Assembly (NCBI GenBank): GCA_049424145.1
Contig: JBMSSC010000024.1
Location: 1 to 27,405 of the forward strand
Reading direction: 5' to 3'
Source: Bdellovibrionia bacterium
GTDB taxonomy: Bacteria; Bdellovibrionota; UBA1018
Length of the DNA: 27,405 nucleotides
Positions 15,805-26,136 of this stretch are shown here, one piece after another; the stretch's first letter is position 1, and each line of letters begins with the position of its first letter. The position numbers and the translations under genes are program-made. The notes beneath the pieces were generated by a model. That model was given only the letters and a program-made list of their open reading frames with translations, was not told the origin of the DNA and did no database searches.

Positions 15805-17079
15805 TTAAGGACTCAGCCCCGGAGGATGAAACTGCTCTTCCTCGGTTGAGCCCCGAAGGGCTTGAGTGGACAGTCTTCCTTGCGTGATGATCTGTGCCAA
15901 CTCGTCAAAGTAGCCCGTGCCGACAAACCGCTGGTGAGTTGTTGCTTGGTACCCGATCTTTTCTGATTCATACTCCTGGGCCTGATACTCAGCATAAGCT
16001 GTCATTCCGCTCTTGCAGTAGGCTTGAGCCAGATGAAACATACTGAAATTCAGCGTATGAAAACCTGCTAAAGTCACAAACTGAAATCGGTAACCTAGGC
16101 TACCTAGTTGTTTCTGAAACTCAGCAATGGCCGGCTGATCGAGTTTCTTTTTCCAATGAAACGAGGGGGAGCAATTATAGGCCAGCCATTTGTTTGGGTA
16201 ATGCGCATGCACGGCTTGAGCAAAACGTTTTGCCTCCTCTAGGTTCGGTTCGGACGTCTCACACCACAAGAGATCCGCATAAGGGGCATAAGCTAAAGCC
16301 CGAGCAATGGCACACTCCAAGCCCCCCCGGATCCGATAGAATCCCTCTGTCGTCCGCTCCTGAGTCAAAAATGGGCGATCCCTGGGATCAATGTCACTCG
16401 TTAAAAGAAAGGCACCATTGGCATCCGTGCGCGCGATGATCAGCGTGGGCACTCCACAGACATCCGACGCCAAACGGGCAGCAATCAGTTTTTGAATCAA
16501 CTCCTCAGTGGGAACTAAGACCTTACCTCCCATGTGACCACACTTTTTGGCGGATGCCAGTTGGTCCTCCAAGTGAATCGCCGCTGCTCCAGCCTCAATG
16601 AGGGAGCGCGTGAGTTCATAGGTATTTAAGACTCCTCCAAATCCCGCCTCAGCATCAGCCACTAAGGGGGCAAACCAATTTGCAGGCCGATTGATTTTTC
16701 CATCCAAATAACTGATTTGATCGGCTCGTTGAAGCGCATGCTGAATTCGTCTCACCACTTGAGGCACGCTATCCACCGGGTATAAACTTAAATCTGGATA
16801 AACTTGAGCCGCCGTATTGGCATCCGCTGCCACCTGCCAACCACTGACGTAGATGGCCTGGAGTCCAGCTTGAACTTGCTGAACGGCTTGGTTCCCCGTC
16901 AGTGCTCCTAAGGCGGGAACATAGGATTGACTCTCAAGAAGCTCCCAGAAGCGCTGCGCCCCCAGTTGAGCAAGCGTGTGCTCCACTTGAATGGACCCCC
17001 TCAGTCTTTTAACATCCGACTCGGTATAAACTCGCTTAATGCCGAACCACCTAGGATTTGACTTCCAATCATCACTCAT
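15805..17079 (-). CDS. aceA: Isocitrate lyase (short bacterial type)
   Basis: [11 protein letters not shown] catalytic motif, [35 protein letters not shown] 17079 follows AGGAGG, 17 nt after the aceB stop. Confidence 0.97.
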   Translation of the reverse strand: MSDDWKSNPRWFGIKRVYTESDVKRLRGSIQVEHTLAQLGAQRFWELLESQSYVPALGALTGNQAVQQVQAGLQAIYVSGWQVAADANTAAQVYPDLSLYPVDSVPQVVRRIQHALQRADQISYLDGKINRPANWFAPLVADAEAGFGGVLNTYELTRSLIEAGAAAIHLEDQLASAKKCGHMGGKVLVPTEELIQKLIAARLASDVCGVPTLIIARTDANGAFLLTSDIDPRDRPFLTQERTTEGFYRIRGGLECAIARALAYAPYADLLWCETSEPNLEEAKRFAQAVHAHYPNKWLAYNCSPSFHWKKKLDQPAIAEFQKQLGSLGYRFQFVTLAGFHTLNFSMFHLAQAYCKSGMTAYAEYQAQEYESEKIGYQATTHQRFVGTGYFDELAQIITQGRLSTQALRGSTEEEQFHPPGLSP

Positions 17080-17096
17080 GAGTCTCTCCTCCTGCG

Positions 17097-18755
17097 TTAC
17101 AAAAACTGAGAGGCATGGATAGTAAAAAACTCCACCCAAGTCTCCCCAGTGATCATCTGAACCAAAAGCTCAGAAGAAAGTTCAAACCGTCTTTCTCGGT
17201 AGGCATCATCGCCCAACTGGGTTTTGATTTGATTTCGCTCTTCATTCAGGATGCGAAGAAATTCTTTTTCGGTCCATCGCCGGTAATGAATCCACTGCCA
17301 CACTTGAACTCGTGAGATCTCAGCGGTTGCGGCATCTTCCATAAAATGATCAATCGGTACACAACCCACACCCCTAAGCCAAGACTCCAAGTACCATAGG
17401 CAAACCCGAAGATTCGTTCGAAGCCCCTGCTCAGTAATCGAACCTGGTGGAACTCTTAAGAGATCGGCGGCCTGAATCTTCCACTGACTTCGCTTCTCAT
17501 GAATCTGATGGGGATCTTTCATTCCCTCACTGAAGACTTGGCGAGCTACGGCGACTAATGCGGGGTGAGCCACCCAAGTCCCATCGTGCCCAAGCCTCAC
17601 CTCCCGCACTTTATCCTGAGCCACTCGCTTCAATGCGAGGGCATTTTGCTCAGGATCCCCACGGACCGGGATATCAGCAGCCATGCCTCCCATCGCATGA
17701 ATCTCTCTTCGATGACAGGTTTGAATTAAAAGCTGGGCATAGGACTTAAGAAAGTGGACATTCATACTTAACTGGGATCGATCCGGAAGCACGCACTGAG
17801 GATCATTTCTCAACTTCTTCATGAAGCTAAAGATATAATCCCATCGCCCACAGTTTAAACCCGCCGAATGATCCCTCAGTTCATAGAGGATTTCATCCAT
17901 CTCAAAAGCAGCTAAAATATTTTCAATCAAAACCGTGGCACGAATACTCCCTCGTGGAACGCCCAACGCGTTCTGAGCAAACTCAAAGACCTCGTTCCAA
18001 AGACGTGCTTCCAGATGATTCTCAAGCTTGGGCAAATAAAAATAAGGCCTCTTCCCCTGCTTCATCAACTCATGAACGTTATGAAAAAAATAAAGTCCAA
18101 AATCAAAAAGTGAAGCTGAGATTTCTCGACCATCAAGCTGAATCTTATTTTCGGTCAAATGCCATCCACGGGGCCTCACAAAAAGGACAGCACCTGGATC
18201 TTGAATCTGATAGGTTTTTTCTTCTGATTCCCTGAAGATTAGCGTTTTTTGAATCGCTCGTTTGAGATTCAACTGACCTTTTAGAGTCTTCTCCCAGACG
18301 GGGGAATGGGCGTCTTCAAAGTCTGCCATAAAGACTTGAGCCCCTGAGTTCATCGCATTGATGATCATTTTTGCATCCACGGGTGCCGTGATCTCCACCC
18401 GTCGATCAATCAGATCAACGGGAATCTCTGCAACCTGCCAACTCTCCGAGCGAAGACTCAGGGTTTCAGGCAAAAAATCGGGCCTCCAACCCGAGTCGAG
18501 TTGAGATTGGATCTCTTTTCTCCGCTCCAGAAGGAACGCTCGCCTCTCGGAGAACTGATCCTCAAGAGAAATCAGAAACCTGGTTGCCTCAGGCGTAAAC
18601 AGCTCGGATGCTTCTAAGTCCAGAGCGCCTAAGATCTTCCAGCGCTCAGCCATCTTTGGATCTAGTGAACCTGAGCCTGGATCACCCAACAATGGCTTGG
18701 CATTCTCCAATGGCTGATCGTGTTTAATCGGCTGAGAAGGTTTGAATAACTCCAT
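17097..18755 (-). CDS. aceB: Malate synthase A
   Basis: [66 protein letters not shown]. 552 aa. Confidence 0.97.
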   Translation of the reverse strand: MELFKPSQPIKHDQPLENAKPLLGDPGSGSLDPKMAERWKILGALDLEASELFTPEATRFLISLEDQFSERRAFLLERRKEIQSQLDSGWRPDFLPETLSLRSESWQVAEIPVDLIDRRVEITAPVDAKMIINAMNSGAQVFMADFEDAHSPVWEKTLKGQLNLKRAIQKTLIFRESEEKTYQIQDPGAVLFVRPRGWHLTENKIQLDGREISASLFDFGLYFFHNVHELMKQGKRPYFYLPKLENHLEARLWNEVFEFAQNALGVPRGSIRATVLIENILAAFEMDEILYELRDHSAGLNCGRWDYIFSFMKKLRNDPQCVLPDRSQLSMNVHFLKSYAQLLIQTCHRREIHAMGGMAADIPVRGDPEQNALALKRVAQDKVREVRLGHDGTWVAHPALVAVARQVFSEGMKDPHQIHEKRSQWKIQAADLLRVPPGSITEQGLRTNLRVCLWYLESWLRGVGCVPIDHFMEDAATAEISRVQVWQWIHYRRWTEKEFLRILNEERNQIKTQLGDDAYRERRFELSSELLVQMITGETWVEFFTIHASQFL

Positions 18756-18854
18756 ACTGGGTGCTTTTCAAACTTTGGGCCTAAATGAGAGTCACACCGA
18801 TTCAACACGGGCATTTAGCCGTGCGATTGGATGATCAGAGCGAGTGAGAAAAAA

Positions 18855-19949
18855 TCACCCAGGCAACTCAAAAGCGGATTGCTGAACCAATTGGAGCATG
18901 GGGATCACACTCCGTAATGCACGTTCAGCCTGATTACTCCGCAGGGAACCGCGTGGCTGAAGCTGGAGTACCTCGAGAAAGTGCTTAGCTGCATCAAAAT
19001 ACTCTCGGTTGGCACGACAGACATATCCAAGACCTAAGTGAGCTTGCGCCTGAAGCAAGCGATCCCCCATGGCTGAGGATAGATTGAGAGCTTCGGCGTA
19101 GTAAAGAAACTGGTCTCCCACTCGAGCGTTTCCTAGGGCAATCAGAGCCTGGGCTTGAAGGGATAAATTTCCGATTCGTTGAGCTAATCTTAAGGCTTCA
19201 GTGAGGTGCTCCTGCTGATTTTCAAATCTCAGGTTTCCTAACCCAAGGAGAGCTTGAATCTGAAGAGGAATATCTCCGCTTCTTCGACTGATGCGAAGCG
19301 CTTCCCGGTAGCTTCGACCTAAGGGAATCGCCCGGGCGTGAGCAGCCTCAATCAATGCCTGAGCTAATAAAGAGGAGTCTTGAATCTGACGGGCCAAGGC
19401 AAGGGCCTCGTGATAGTGAAACTCACCTTCAACCCCCATTCTGGCGAGACCCAGGTGAGCGAGGACTTGATGAGACAAGTTTCCCATTGCTCTTGAAATC
19501 GACAACGCGTCTGAATAATTCTCAAGCGGACTTGTTCCACAAGCAGCAAGGCCTAAAAGGGCCCGGGTTTGAAGGAAAAAATCAGGAATCATCCTCGCCA
19601 AAAAAAGGGCCTGGGCGTAATTTAAACTCGGGTCTATCGCTCCATCTGCTAGCCCCAGATGCGCATGGATCTGCAGCAAGGCATCCCTCATTTCTCGCCC
19701 AATTCTTAAAACCTCTTCATACTTGAGTTGAACGGGAGCTTCTCCTCGACTTGCAGACTGAAGAAGGGAAAGCGCTAAGGCTCGCGGGTCAACGAAAGGA
19801 GCAACTCCCTGAGCAGGAGGAATTCGTTCGTTTGGATCGGCCTCGAATTGACCCGACTGAGTTGCAAAGCCTGATGTTTCAAAACAGATCAGCAGGGGAA
19901 TAGAAAGAAAGAGGGAAACAAAGATTTTTTTTAAGTTGCTGTGAGTCAT
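18855..19949 (-). CDS. Exported TPR-like repeat protein
   Basis: Signal peptide (KK followed by a hydrophobic stretch ending GFA), then 7 helical repeats with consensus YxEALxLxxxxGDxxLQAQALLGLG. Confidence 0.85.
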   Translation of the reverse strand: MTHSNLKKIFVSLFLSIPLLICFETSGFATQSGQFEADPNERIPPAQGVAPFVDPRALALSLLQSASRGEAPVQLKYEEVLRIGREMRDALLQIHAHLGLADGAIDPSLNYAQALFLARMIPDFFLQTRALLGLAACGTSPLENYSDALSISRAMGNLSHQVLAHLGLARMGVEGEFHYHEALALARQIQDSSLLAQALIEAAHARAIPLGRSYREALRISRRSGDIPLQIQALLGLGNLRFENQQEHLTEALRLAQRIGNLSLQAQALIALGNARVGDQFLYYAEALNLSSAMGDRLLQAQAHLGLGYVCRANREYFDAAKHFLEVLQLQPRGSLRSNQAERALRSVIPMLQLVQQSAFELPG

Positions 19950-20018
19950 GCAGATTTTTCTACTTGCAATTATTAATTCGAATCAACAGAAGGACCTAAG
20001 CACTCAAGAGGAAACCTC

Positions 20019-20087
20019 TTGCTTCAAAAGAAGTGTATTCTTCAATCCGTTTTTGGACTAACATTAAGCGTCCTTCTTTTGAAGCAA
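20019..20087. repeat. 15-bp perfect inverted repeat within a structured intergenic region
   Basis: TTGCTTCAAAAGAAG (20019-20033) and CTTCTTTTGAAGCAA (20073-20087), with a 39-nt spacer. Confidence 0.8.
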
Positions 20088-20282
20088 ATTTTACGTCAGG
20101 ACGAGACCTTAAAAGAGGATAGGCTCACTGCTCCGGTGGCAAGCCTTGGTGGGAGCCTCTGAGTGGCTCAGACCCAAAAACGGATAACAAAAAGAATTCC
20201 CACCGAACTCAAACGGGATGACGGATCCAAGTGTTTAACCTCTCAACCCGTTTACGTCGGCCTCAGATACAACTTTTTTTTC

Positions 20283-22022
20283 TTAAACGTTGTCCCAAGA
20301 GTACTTTTCGTTTTCAAAAGCATGAACCGCGAGAGACTTAATGAGTTCATCATCGTTATCATCGATTTTACCGAAGTTACTCTTGGTGCGCCGCCTCACT
20401 TGACCAGCAAACACCTTGAGAATTTCGATTTCTTTCTCGGCTTGAGCGAGGCCATTTTTCTCAATGGAGGTATGAACACGACTGAGAACGGCTGCCAGCA
20501 CAAATAAGTCGATCATAATGTCGGCTAACCGTTTTGTCGCAAACTGCTTTCCAATAATATTTTTGCCATGCTTGCGTAAAATCCGATCCGCAGCAGCCGA
20601 CAGATCTCGCACGCCTTCTTCAAAGATCTCACGCTCCGCGGTTAGAGCCTTGTGAAGTCGATCAAAAGAGCCTCGAGCCCCTCCCACGCCGGTGACTTGA
20701 GAGATTTTTCTAAGCCCATAACCCGAGAGCAGTCCAAAGCCCTTAATCGGATCATTAAAAATTCCCTCAAGCGATTTAGAGAGGTTCTTTAAGTTCTGAG
20801 CCACATCTCGCATTGCAGTCAGCGCAATGAACAGACGCAAGATGTCGTTGGTTCCCTCAAAGATGCGGTTAATGCGAGCGTTGCGCACGATTCTCTCGTA
20901 CGGGAACTCACACATGAACCCATTGCCCCCTGCAATCTGAAGCGCCTCATCGGCCGTGCGCCAGAGGCACTCAGTGGCAAATACTTTACTAATGGCTGCC
21001 TCAACGGCGTAATCTTCAAAGCCCTGGTCCACCAATCCCGCAACTAAGGCCACAACCGCTTCAGAGGCGTAGCACTCCACAACCATATGGCCAACTTTTT
21101 GCTTAATTAGGCCGTACTCTGATATTTTAACTCCAAATTGGGAGCGCTCCTTGGCTTGCTTTGAGGAGAGTTCAATGAGCTGCTTCATGACCCCCACACA
21201 GCCTCCGCCTAAACCACTGCGTCCGCTATTGAGGATTTTCATGGCCACCTTGAAGCCTTTGCCCACTTCGCCTAAAACGTTCTCCTTGGGCACTTTCACC
21301 TGATCTAAGATCACGGTTGTGGTGGAGCTGGCTCGAAGTCCCATTTTATCTTCATGCGGACCGCAAGTAACGCCTCCCATATCGCGCGTCACAATGAAGG
21401 CCGTCATCTTTCCTTCGGCCCCATCCGTGAGTGCAAAGACGGTGAAAAAATCCGCAATGCCGCCGTTCGTAATCCAGAGTTTACTACCCGTTAAAACCCA
21501 ATGATCCCCTTGGAGCACAGCCTTGGTTTTAATCGCAGCCGCATCAGAGCCTGCCCCCGGTTCTGTGAGACAAAACGCTGCAATCATCTCCCCTGTGGCA
21601 AGCTTGGAGTAATACTTGGCTTTTTGCTCCGGCGTACCAAAGAGTAACAGACCCCGCATCCCAATTGAACTATGAGCGCCAACGGTGATGGCCAAGGAGC
21701 CATCGTATCGTGCCAGCTCCTGAAGCATTCGAGAGTACCCTGTGCTGCTTAATCCTAAGCCCCCATGCTCTTCAGGGACCACGAGGCTGAACATTCCCAT
21801 GTCCCGCATCTCTTGTAAAAAGGAGGGGGGAAACTCCCCTGCCCGATCCCAATGCCTAAAGTCTTGCTCATGAGGCTTCAGCCAAGCCCCCACTGAAGAG
21901 AACACCCCTTTGAGCGTCTCTTTTTCTGAGTCGGACATCTGAGGAAACGGCAGAATGAGTCCTTGCTCAATCTCACCCATACACAGCGAGCGCATGAAAC
22001 TGATCTCTTTTTCCGTTTCCAT
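20283..22022 (-). CDS. Acyl-CoA dehydrogenase, long VLCAD/ACAD9-like form
   Basis: AFCLTEPGAGSDA, GSKLWITNG, KMGLRAS, LQIAGGNGF, RIFEGTNDI (catalytic Glu), plus an extra C-terminal domain (HGKNIIGKQF...RLAD). AAGGAG RBS. Confidence 0.95.
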   Translation of the reverse strand: METEKEISFMRSLCMGEIEQGLILPFPQMSDSEKETLKGVFSSVGAWLKPHEQDFRHWDRAGEFPPSFLQEMRDMGMFSLVVPEEHGGLGLSSTGYSRMLQELARYDGSLAITVGAHSSIGMRGLLLFGTPEQKAKYYSKLATGEMIAAFCLTEPGAGSDAAAIKTKAVLQGDHWVLTGSKLWITNGGIADFFTVFALTDGAEGKMTAFIVTRDMGGVTCGPHEDKMGLRASSTTTVILDQVKVPKENVLGEVGKGFKVAMKILNSGRSGLGGGCVGVMKQLIELSSKQAKERSQFGVKISEYGLIKQKVGHMVVECYASEAVVALVAGLVDQGFEDYAVEAAISKVFATECLWRTADEALQIAGGNGFMCEFPYERIVRNARINRIFEGTNDILRLFIALTAMRDVAQNLKNLSKSLEGIFNDPIKGFGLLSGYGLRKISQVTGVGGARGSFDRLHKALTAEREIFEEGVRDLSAAADRILRKHGKNIIGKQFATKRLADIMIDLFVLAAVLSRVHTSIEKNGLAQAEKEIEILKVFAGQVRRRTKSNFGKIDDNDDELIKSLAVHAFENEKYSWDNV

Positions 22023-22197
22023 GGGAAGTCTCTCCTTTGGTTGGTTTGATTTTTAGTTTTTTAGGGGAGCAAGCCTGAGAGGCCCAACCCCACCCCACAA
22101 CAAAATCATAAACCGAAAGGAGAAAAAATGCACTGATTCCTCAGGGCGTGCCTCACTTTACCCTCCCCCCTTAGGCCTCAAGCCGGATCGACCCGTG

Positions 22198-23289
22198 TTA
22201 TTTGAGTACAGCGTAGGTTAAGATTAAGCTCACGAGCATTAATGCACTGAGTCCTAAATGGATCCTCAGAGAATGACTGCGCACCCCTGCCAAAAGCGCG
22301 GAAGCCGGACCTGAGGCTTCGTAGATTCGAGCCAAAAAGCGATATAAAATCCCTGGCACGACTAAAAATTGAGTGTTTAAGATCCAGGGAATCCAACCCA
22401 TGAACGCCCCGAGAATCAACAGCCCAGTGGCTAGGCCATAAATCAACGGAAAGACGTGTCGAGAGCGGCTAAATCCTAACTGATTTGCTAAGGTTTTAAA
22501 ATTCCTGACACTATCCAGATCAATGTCTTGAAAGTTGCCCGAGTGAAGGACGGCCCACGATAAGAGACCAAAATAAATTCCCAAAAGAATCACAGCCGGA
22601 CTACTTTGAGCAAATAGGGCTTGGGAGACTCCCCAGGTTAAAAGAGGACCGGAGAGAAAAAACACCACCGCATCGCCTAAGAGTCGATACTTGAGTCCCC
22701 AAGGACGATTCGAGTACCCCAGAACTCCCAAAAGCCCCCCCACTCCAATTCCCACCAAAAACTGGGGTCGCGCCACGAGCGCTGGAAGTCCACACAGCCC
22801 GCCTAAAATCAATGCCCCATAGGCCCACTGCCTTAAGCTGCGGGCACTCACCCAGCCTAAACGAATTACTCGACTCCCCCCTTCACTGTTTTCCAGATCG
22901 ATGAGTCTCAGGTAATCCTCTACATCATTAAAAAGATGAATTGCGATTTGAAAAAAAATCGCGCCCAGCGCTGCTAAAAACCCGACACCGGCCGAAGCAA
23001 TGGGCCAACGGTGAGCAAGCCCGTAGGCTAAAGTGACGAGAATTGGCCCCAGCGTTAACGTGAGGCTCAACGGACGAATTGCGCGCCACATACACTGAAG
23101 TCTACCGGGTGGCGAAAGGAGTTCCAAACGGACGCGCTCAAAGAGCACTTGCTCAACTCCGTTTTGGCCTAAAACACGCTCACGGGGCAATACGGCCCAA
23201 CACTGACCGTCTTCTTCGATTCGTCCTTCGTTTAGGTAACGCAGGGCTTGAGCTGAGTCCTGGGGGAGGCTTAGGATTTCAGAGCTCAC
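22198..23289 (-). CDS. menA: UbiA-family prenyltransferase, MenA (DHNA polyprenyltransferase)-like
   Basis: RAIRPLSL, NDVEDYLRLID, GGSRVI, GYS...LKYRLLGD, NFQDIDLD and many TM helices. Start overlaps the prenyl synthase stop (GTGA). Confidence 0.8.
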   Translation of the reverse strand: MSSEILSLPQDSAQALRYLNEGRIEEDGQCWAVLPRERVLGQNGVEQVLFERVRLELLSPPGRLQCMWRAIRPLSLTLTLGPILVTLAYGLAHRWPIASAGVGFLAALGAIFFQIAIHLFNDVEDYLRLIDLENSEGGSRVIRLGWVSARSLRQWAYGALILGGLCGLPALVARPQFLVGIGVGGLLGVLGYSNRPWGLKYRLLGDAVVFFLSGPLLTWGVSQALFAQSSPAVILLGIYFGLLSWAVLHSGNFQDIDLDSVRNFKTLANQLGFSRSRHVFPLIYGLATGLLILGAFMGWIPWILNTQFLVVPGILYRFLARIYEASGPASALLAGVRSHSLRIHLGLSALMLVSLILTYAVLK

Positions 23290-24260
23290 TGGACTCTCTC
23301 TTTGAGATAAACCAGGATGGACTGGAGGGCTTTCAACGACTCGGAATCAACCTGCTTCTGGAGGCTGACAAGCTGGGCTAAGTACTGATCGGCCGCCTCA
23401 AGCTTGGCCTGGGTTCTGGATCGCACACGATCACAGGCAAACTGAAGCTCTTGGGGTTTCCAAGGAAGGCCGGAGGATGAAAACTCCGTCCCGAGCATCT
23501 TTCGAATCGGACTCACGAGAGCCGGGTTCGCTTCCAGCATCTCGAGGGTCACAAAATTCACTAGTCCCTCGCGCAAGTCCTTCGCAAAGGGCTTATCACC
23601 GTGAGTGTCATAATCAATGATGTCGTCAATCATTTGAAACGCGATGCCCAGGGAATCCCCAAACTTTTGATAAAGAGGCAGAGCGCTTTCCGGCACTTGA
23701 GCCAGGCGTGCGGGAGCAAGACAGCTCCACGACATCAAGCTTGCCGTCTTCATGCGAGCCACCGTCTCTAAATGAGCCCGATTGACTTCAACCACTCCTC
23801 TGGCTTCCAGTTGGAGCCACTCCCCCGTCACCAACGCTTCCACCGTCTGGGACAGGTCATGAATGATGTGAATCTCACCTAGGGCTGACAGCTCTTCCAT
23901 CACGCGAGCCAGGAGTAAATCCCCTGCTAAAACAGCCCGGGCATTGGAAACTCGAGCATTCAATGTGGGACGATTGCGTCTCACAGGACTCTCATCAATC
24001 ACATCATCATGGGAGAGGGTTGCGGCATGAACAAACTCAGCTGCTCGAGCATAGGGACTTAACCGCTGGGTTTCTAAACCCAATAAATGCCCCACTAAGA
24101 AACACAGGGTGGGCCTGAACTTTTTCCCTCGAAAAAGCACGGTCTTACTTAAGGCCGCATCGATTTCGGGCACTTTCCTCACGGTGAGAGATAAGTCTAA
24201 ATTTTTTACTGCTTCTGCTGCTTGAGAAGGTAGCCAATTGAATCCCATAGATTGCTTCAT
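23286..24260 (-). CDS. Long-chain trans-polyprenyl diphosphate synthase (IspB/HepT-like)
   Basis: GKKFRP, EFVHAATLSHDDVID..RR (FARM with small residues upstream, indicating long-chain product), AVLAGD, KTA, FQMIDDIID, KDLREG. Start uncertain (24305, 24260 or 24248). Confidence 0.93.
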   Translation of the reverse strand: MKQSMGFNWLPSQAAEAVKNLDLSLTVRKVPEIDAALSKTVLFRGKKFRPTLCFLVGHLLGLETQRLSPYARAAEFVHAATLSHDDVIDESPVRRNRPTLNARVSNARAVLAGDLLLARVMEELSALGEIHIIHDLSQTVEALVTGEWLQLEARGVVEVNRAHLETVARMKTASLMSWSCLAPARLAQVPESALPLYQKFGDSLGIAFQMIDDIIDYDTHGDKPFAKDLREGLVNFVTLEMLEANPALVSPIRKMLGTEFSSSGLPWKPQELQFACDRVRSRTQAKLEAADQYLAQLVSLQKQVDSESLKALQSILVYLKERVQ

Positions 24261-24420
24261 TGTTTCAAAGCCCTTAGCTGATTTAAATGCCCGTTCAATT
24301 GGCAATTAACATGAAAGGCCCCCAGGCTGAAGGGTTTATTTAATATGAAAGCCTTTTATTCAACAATTTTCTACAACCTATGTTAAGGTGCGCTCCAATC
24401 GATTTACAAAAGAGGATATT

Positions 24421-26127
24421 TTGAAAAATTTTAAAGACTTTGATCTCAGTTCGTTTCTCCTTCAGGCCTTGGATGATTTAGGGTTCGAAAAGCCCAGCCC
24501 CATCCAAGCGGAAACTCTGCCCATCTTATTGGGCGAACCCACCGACTTTTTAGGCTTAGCCGCAACTGGCACCGGAAAAACCGCTGCGTTTTCCATCCCC
24601 CTCCTCCAAAAAATTGACCCCTCATTGAAGAAACTGCAAGCCTTAATCCTCTGCCCCACGCGTGAGCTTGCGCTTCAGGTCTCAGAACAAATCAATCTCT
24701 TAGGCAAATATAAAGGGATCCGGGCCCTTCCCATCTACGGAGGATCCGATTACGGAGCTCAGATTCGAGGACTCAAAGACGGTGCTAAAATCGTTGTTGG
24801 CACTCCAGGAAGACTTGTGGATCATCTGGAGCGGGGCACATTGAACTTAGAAAATGTCCAGACTGTTGTCCTCGATGAGGCCGATGAGATGATCTCCATG
24901 GGCTTCAAAGAGGATTTAGAGACCCTCTTGGATCAATCCCCCCGAGAGTCGAGTCAGACCTGGCTTTTCTCGGCCACCTTGAGCAAGGAAGTCAGGAAGG
25001 TTGCAGATCAGTACTTGCGCAACCCCCAAGAAGTCCAAATGAACCGGACGGAGATGTTAGCTCAAAACGTTCAGCAACTCTACTACATCACCCAGGAGTC
25101 TAATAAGCCTGAAATCCTCTGTAAACTGATTGATGCAGCCGAGGAGTTTTATGGCATTCTGTTTTGCCAAACCAAGGCTCTAGTCACCGATCTCACTCAG
25201 TACCTCTCCGATCGCAGATACGCCGTCGGGTGCCTTCACGGGGACCTCGATCAAACGGCTCGAGAAAAAACCATGCGACAGTTTCGGGACCATAAATTCA
25301 AACTCTTAGTTTGCACCGACATCGCCTCTCGTGGACTGGACGTCAAGGACATCACCCACGTCATCAACTACTCGGTTCCCCGAGAGCTAGACAGTTATGT
25401 TCACCGTATCGGACGAACGGCACGCAGCGGAAAAGCAGGGTTTGCTATGAACCTTGTGACCCCAAGCCAAAGAGGTTTAATCGGCAGAATCGAAAAAGCC
25501 ACCCAAAGCAAAATGAAGGAAGGTAAAATCCCCACTCGAAAGGAAATTGGGGAGAAAAAAATCAGAGCTCTGCTTGCTGCTTTTCAACAGCAAGAGCACT
25601 TCACCCGTGCCTGTGAGTTGATGGATCCGAGCTGGCAAGAAGCCATTGAGTCGATGCCTTCGCACGAGGTGGCCGGCCGCATGCTTTGCTTGATTTTTCC
25701 TGAGATCTTTGCAGAAAAGCCCAATTCCCTTTCAGCCCACGCTCCCTCGCCACGTGGGTCTAGAGAATCCCGTGACCATCGAGAGCCACGCGAGCGCCGA
25801 AACTCCCGAGAGGAAAGCGACTCGAGGGATTCTCGCAAATCCAAAGGCGCTCGACACTCGCGTGACTTCCGCAGCTCACGCCGCCCGGAGGACGCACACT
25901 CATCGAAAGACGCTCCCTTCAAAAGCCGAGACCTCTCCTGGGGCCGCAAGGCAGATCGATCTCAAGACCGAGAGACCTACGCTTCCCAGCCAAGGCGCGC
26001 TTTTGAAAAACGCGGCCCATCCAGCAGCGCTCCTCAAGGCGATCGAAACTTTCGTCCCTCTCGCCCCTCGGGTCACAAGCCCGCGGGCAAGCACAAGAAA
26101 TTCCCCACTCGACCCCGAACTCGGTAA
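24421..26127 (+). CDS. DEAD-box ATP-dependent RNA helicase (DeaD/CshA-like) with charged disordered C-tail
   Basis: Q motif GFEKPSPIQ, ATGTGKT, PTRELA, GG, TPGRL, DEAD, SAT, HGDL, SRGLD, HRIGRTAR. TTG 24421 follows AGAGGA (ORF open from 24388). Confidence 0.95.
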   Translation: MKNFKDFDLSSFLLQALDDLGFEKPSPIQAETLPILLGEPTDFLGLAATGTGKTAAFSIPLLQKIDPSLKKLQALILCPTRELALQVSEQINLLGKYKGIRALPIYGGSDYGAQIRGLKDGAKIVVGTPGRLVDHLERGTLNLENVQTVVLDEADEMISMGFKEDLETLLDQSPRESSQTWLFSATLSKEVRKVADQYLRNPQEVQMNRTEMLAQNVQQLYYITQESNKPEILCKLIDAAEEFYGILFCQTKALVTDLTQYLSDRRYAVGCLHGDLDQTAREKTMRQFRDHKFKLLVCTDIASRGLDVKDITHVINYSVPRELDSYVHRIGRTARSGKAGFAMNLVTPSQRGLIGRIEKATQSKMKEGKIPTRKEIGEKKIRALLAAFQQQEHFTRACELMDPSWQEAIESMPSHEVAGRMLCLIFPEIFAEKPNSLSAHAPSPRGSRESRDHREPRERRNSREESDSRDSRKSKGARHSRDFRSSRRPEDAHSSKDAPFKSRDLSWGRKADRSQDRETYASQPRRAFEKRGPSSSAPQGDRNFRPSRPSGHKPAGKHKKFPTRPRTR

Positions 26128-26136
26128 CCCGAAGCA

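Noticed and set aside
17080..17139. Apparent aceA/aceB overlap
   Set aside because: Artefact of the longest-ORF start. ATG 17079 has an AGGAGG RBS and removes the overlap.
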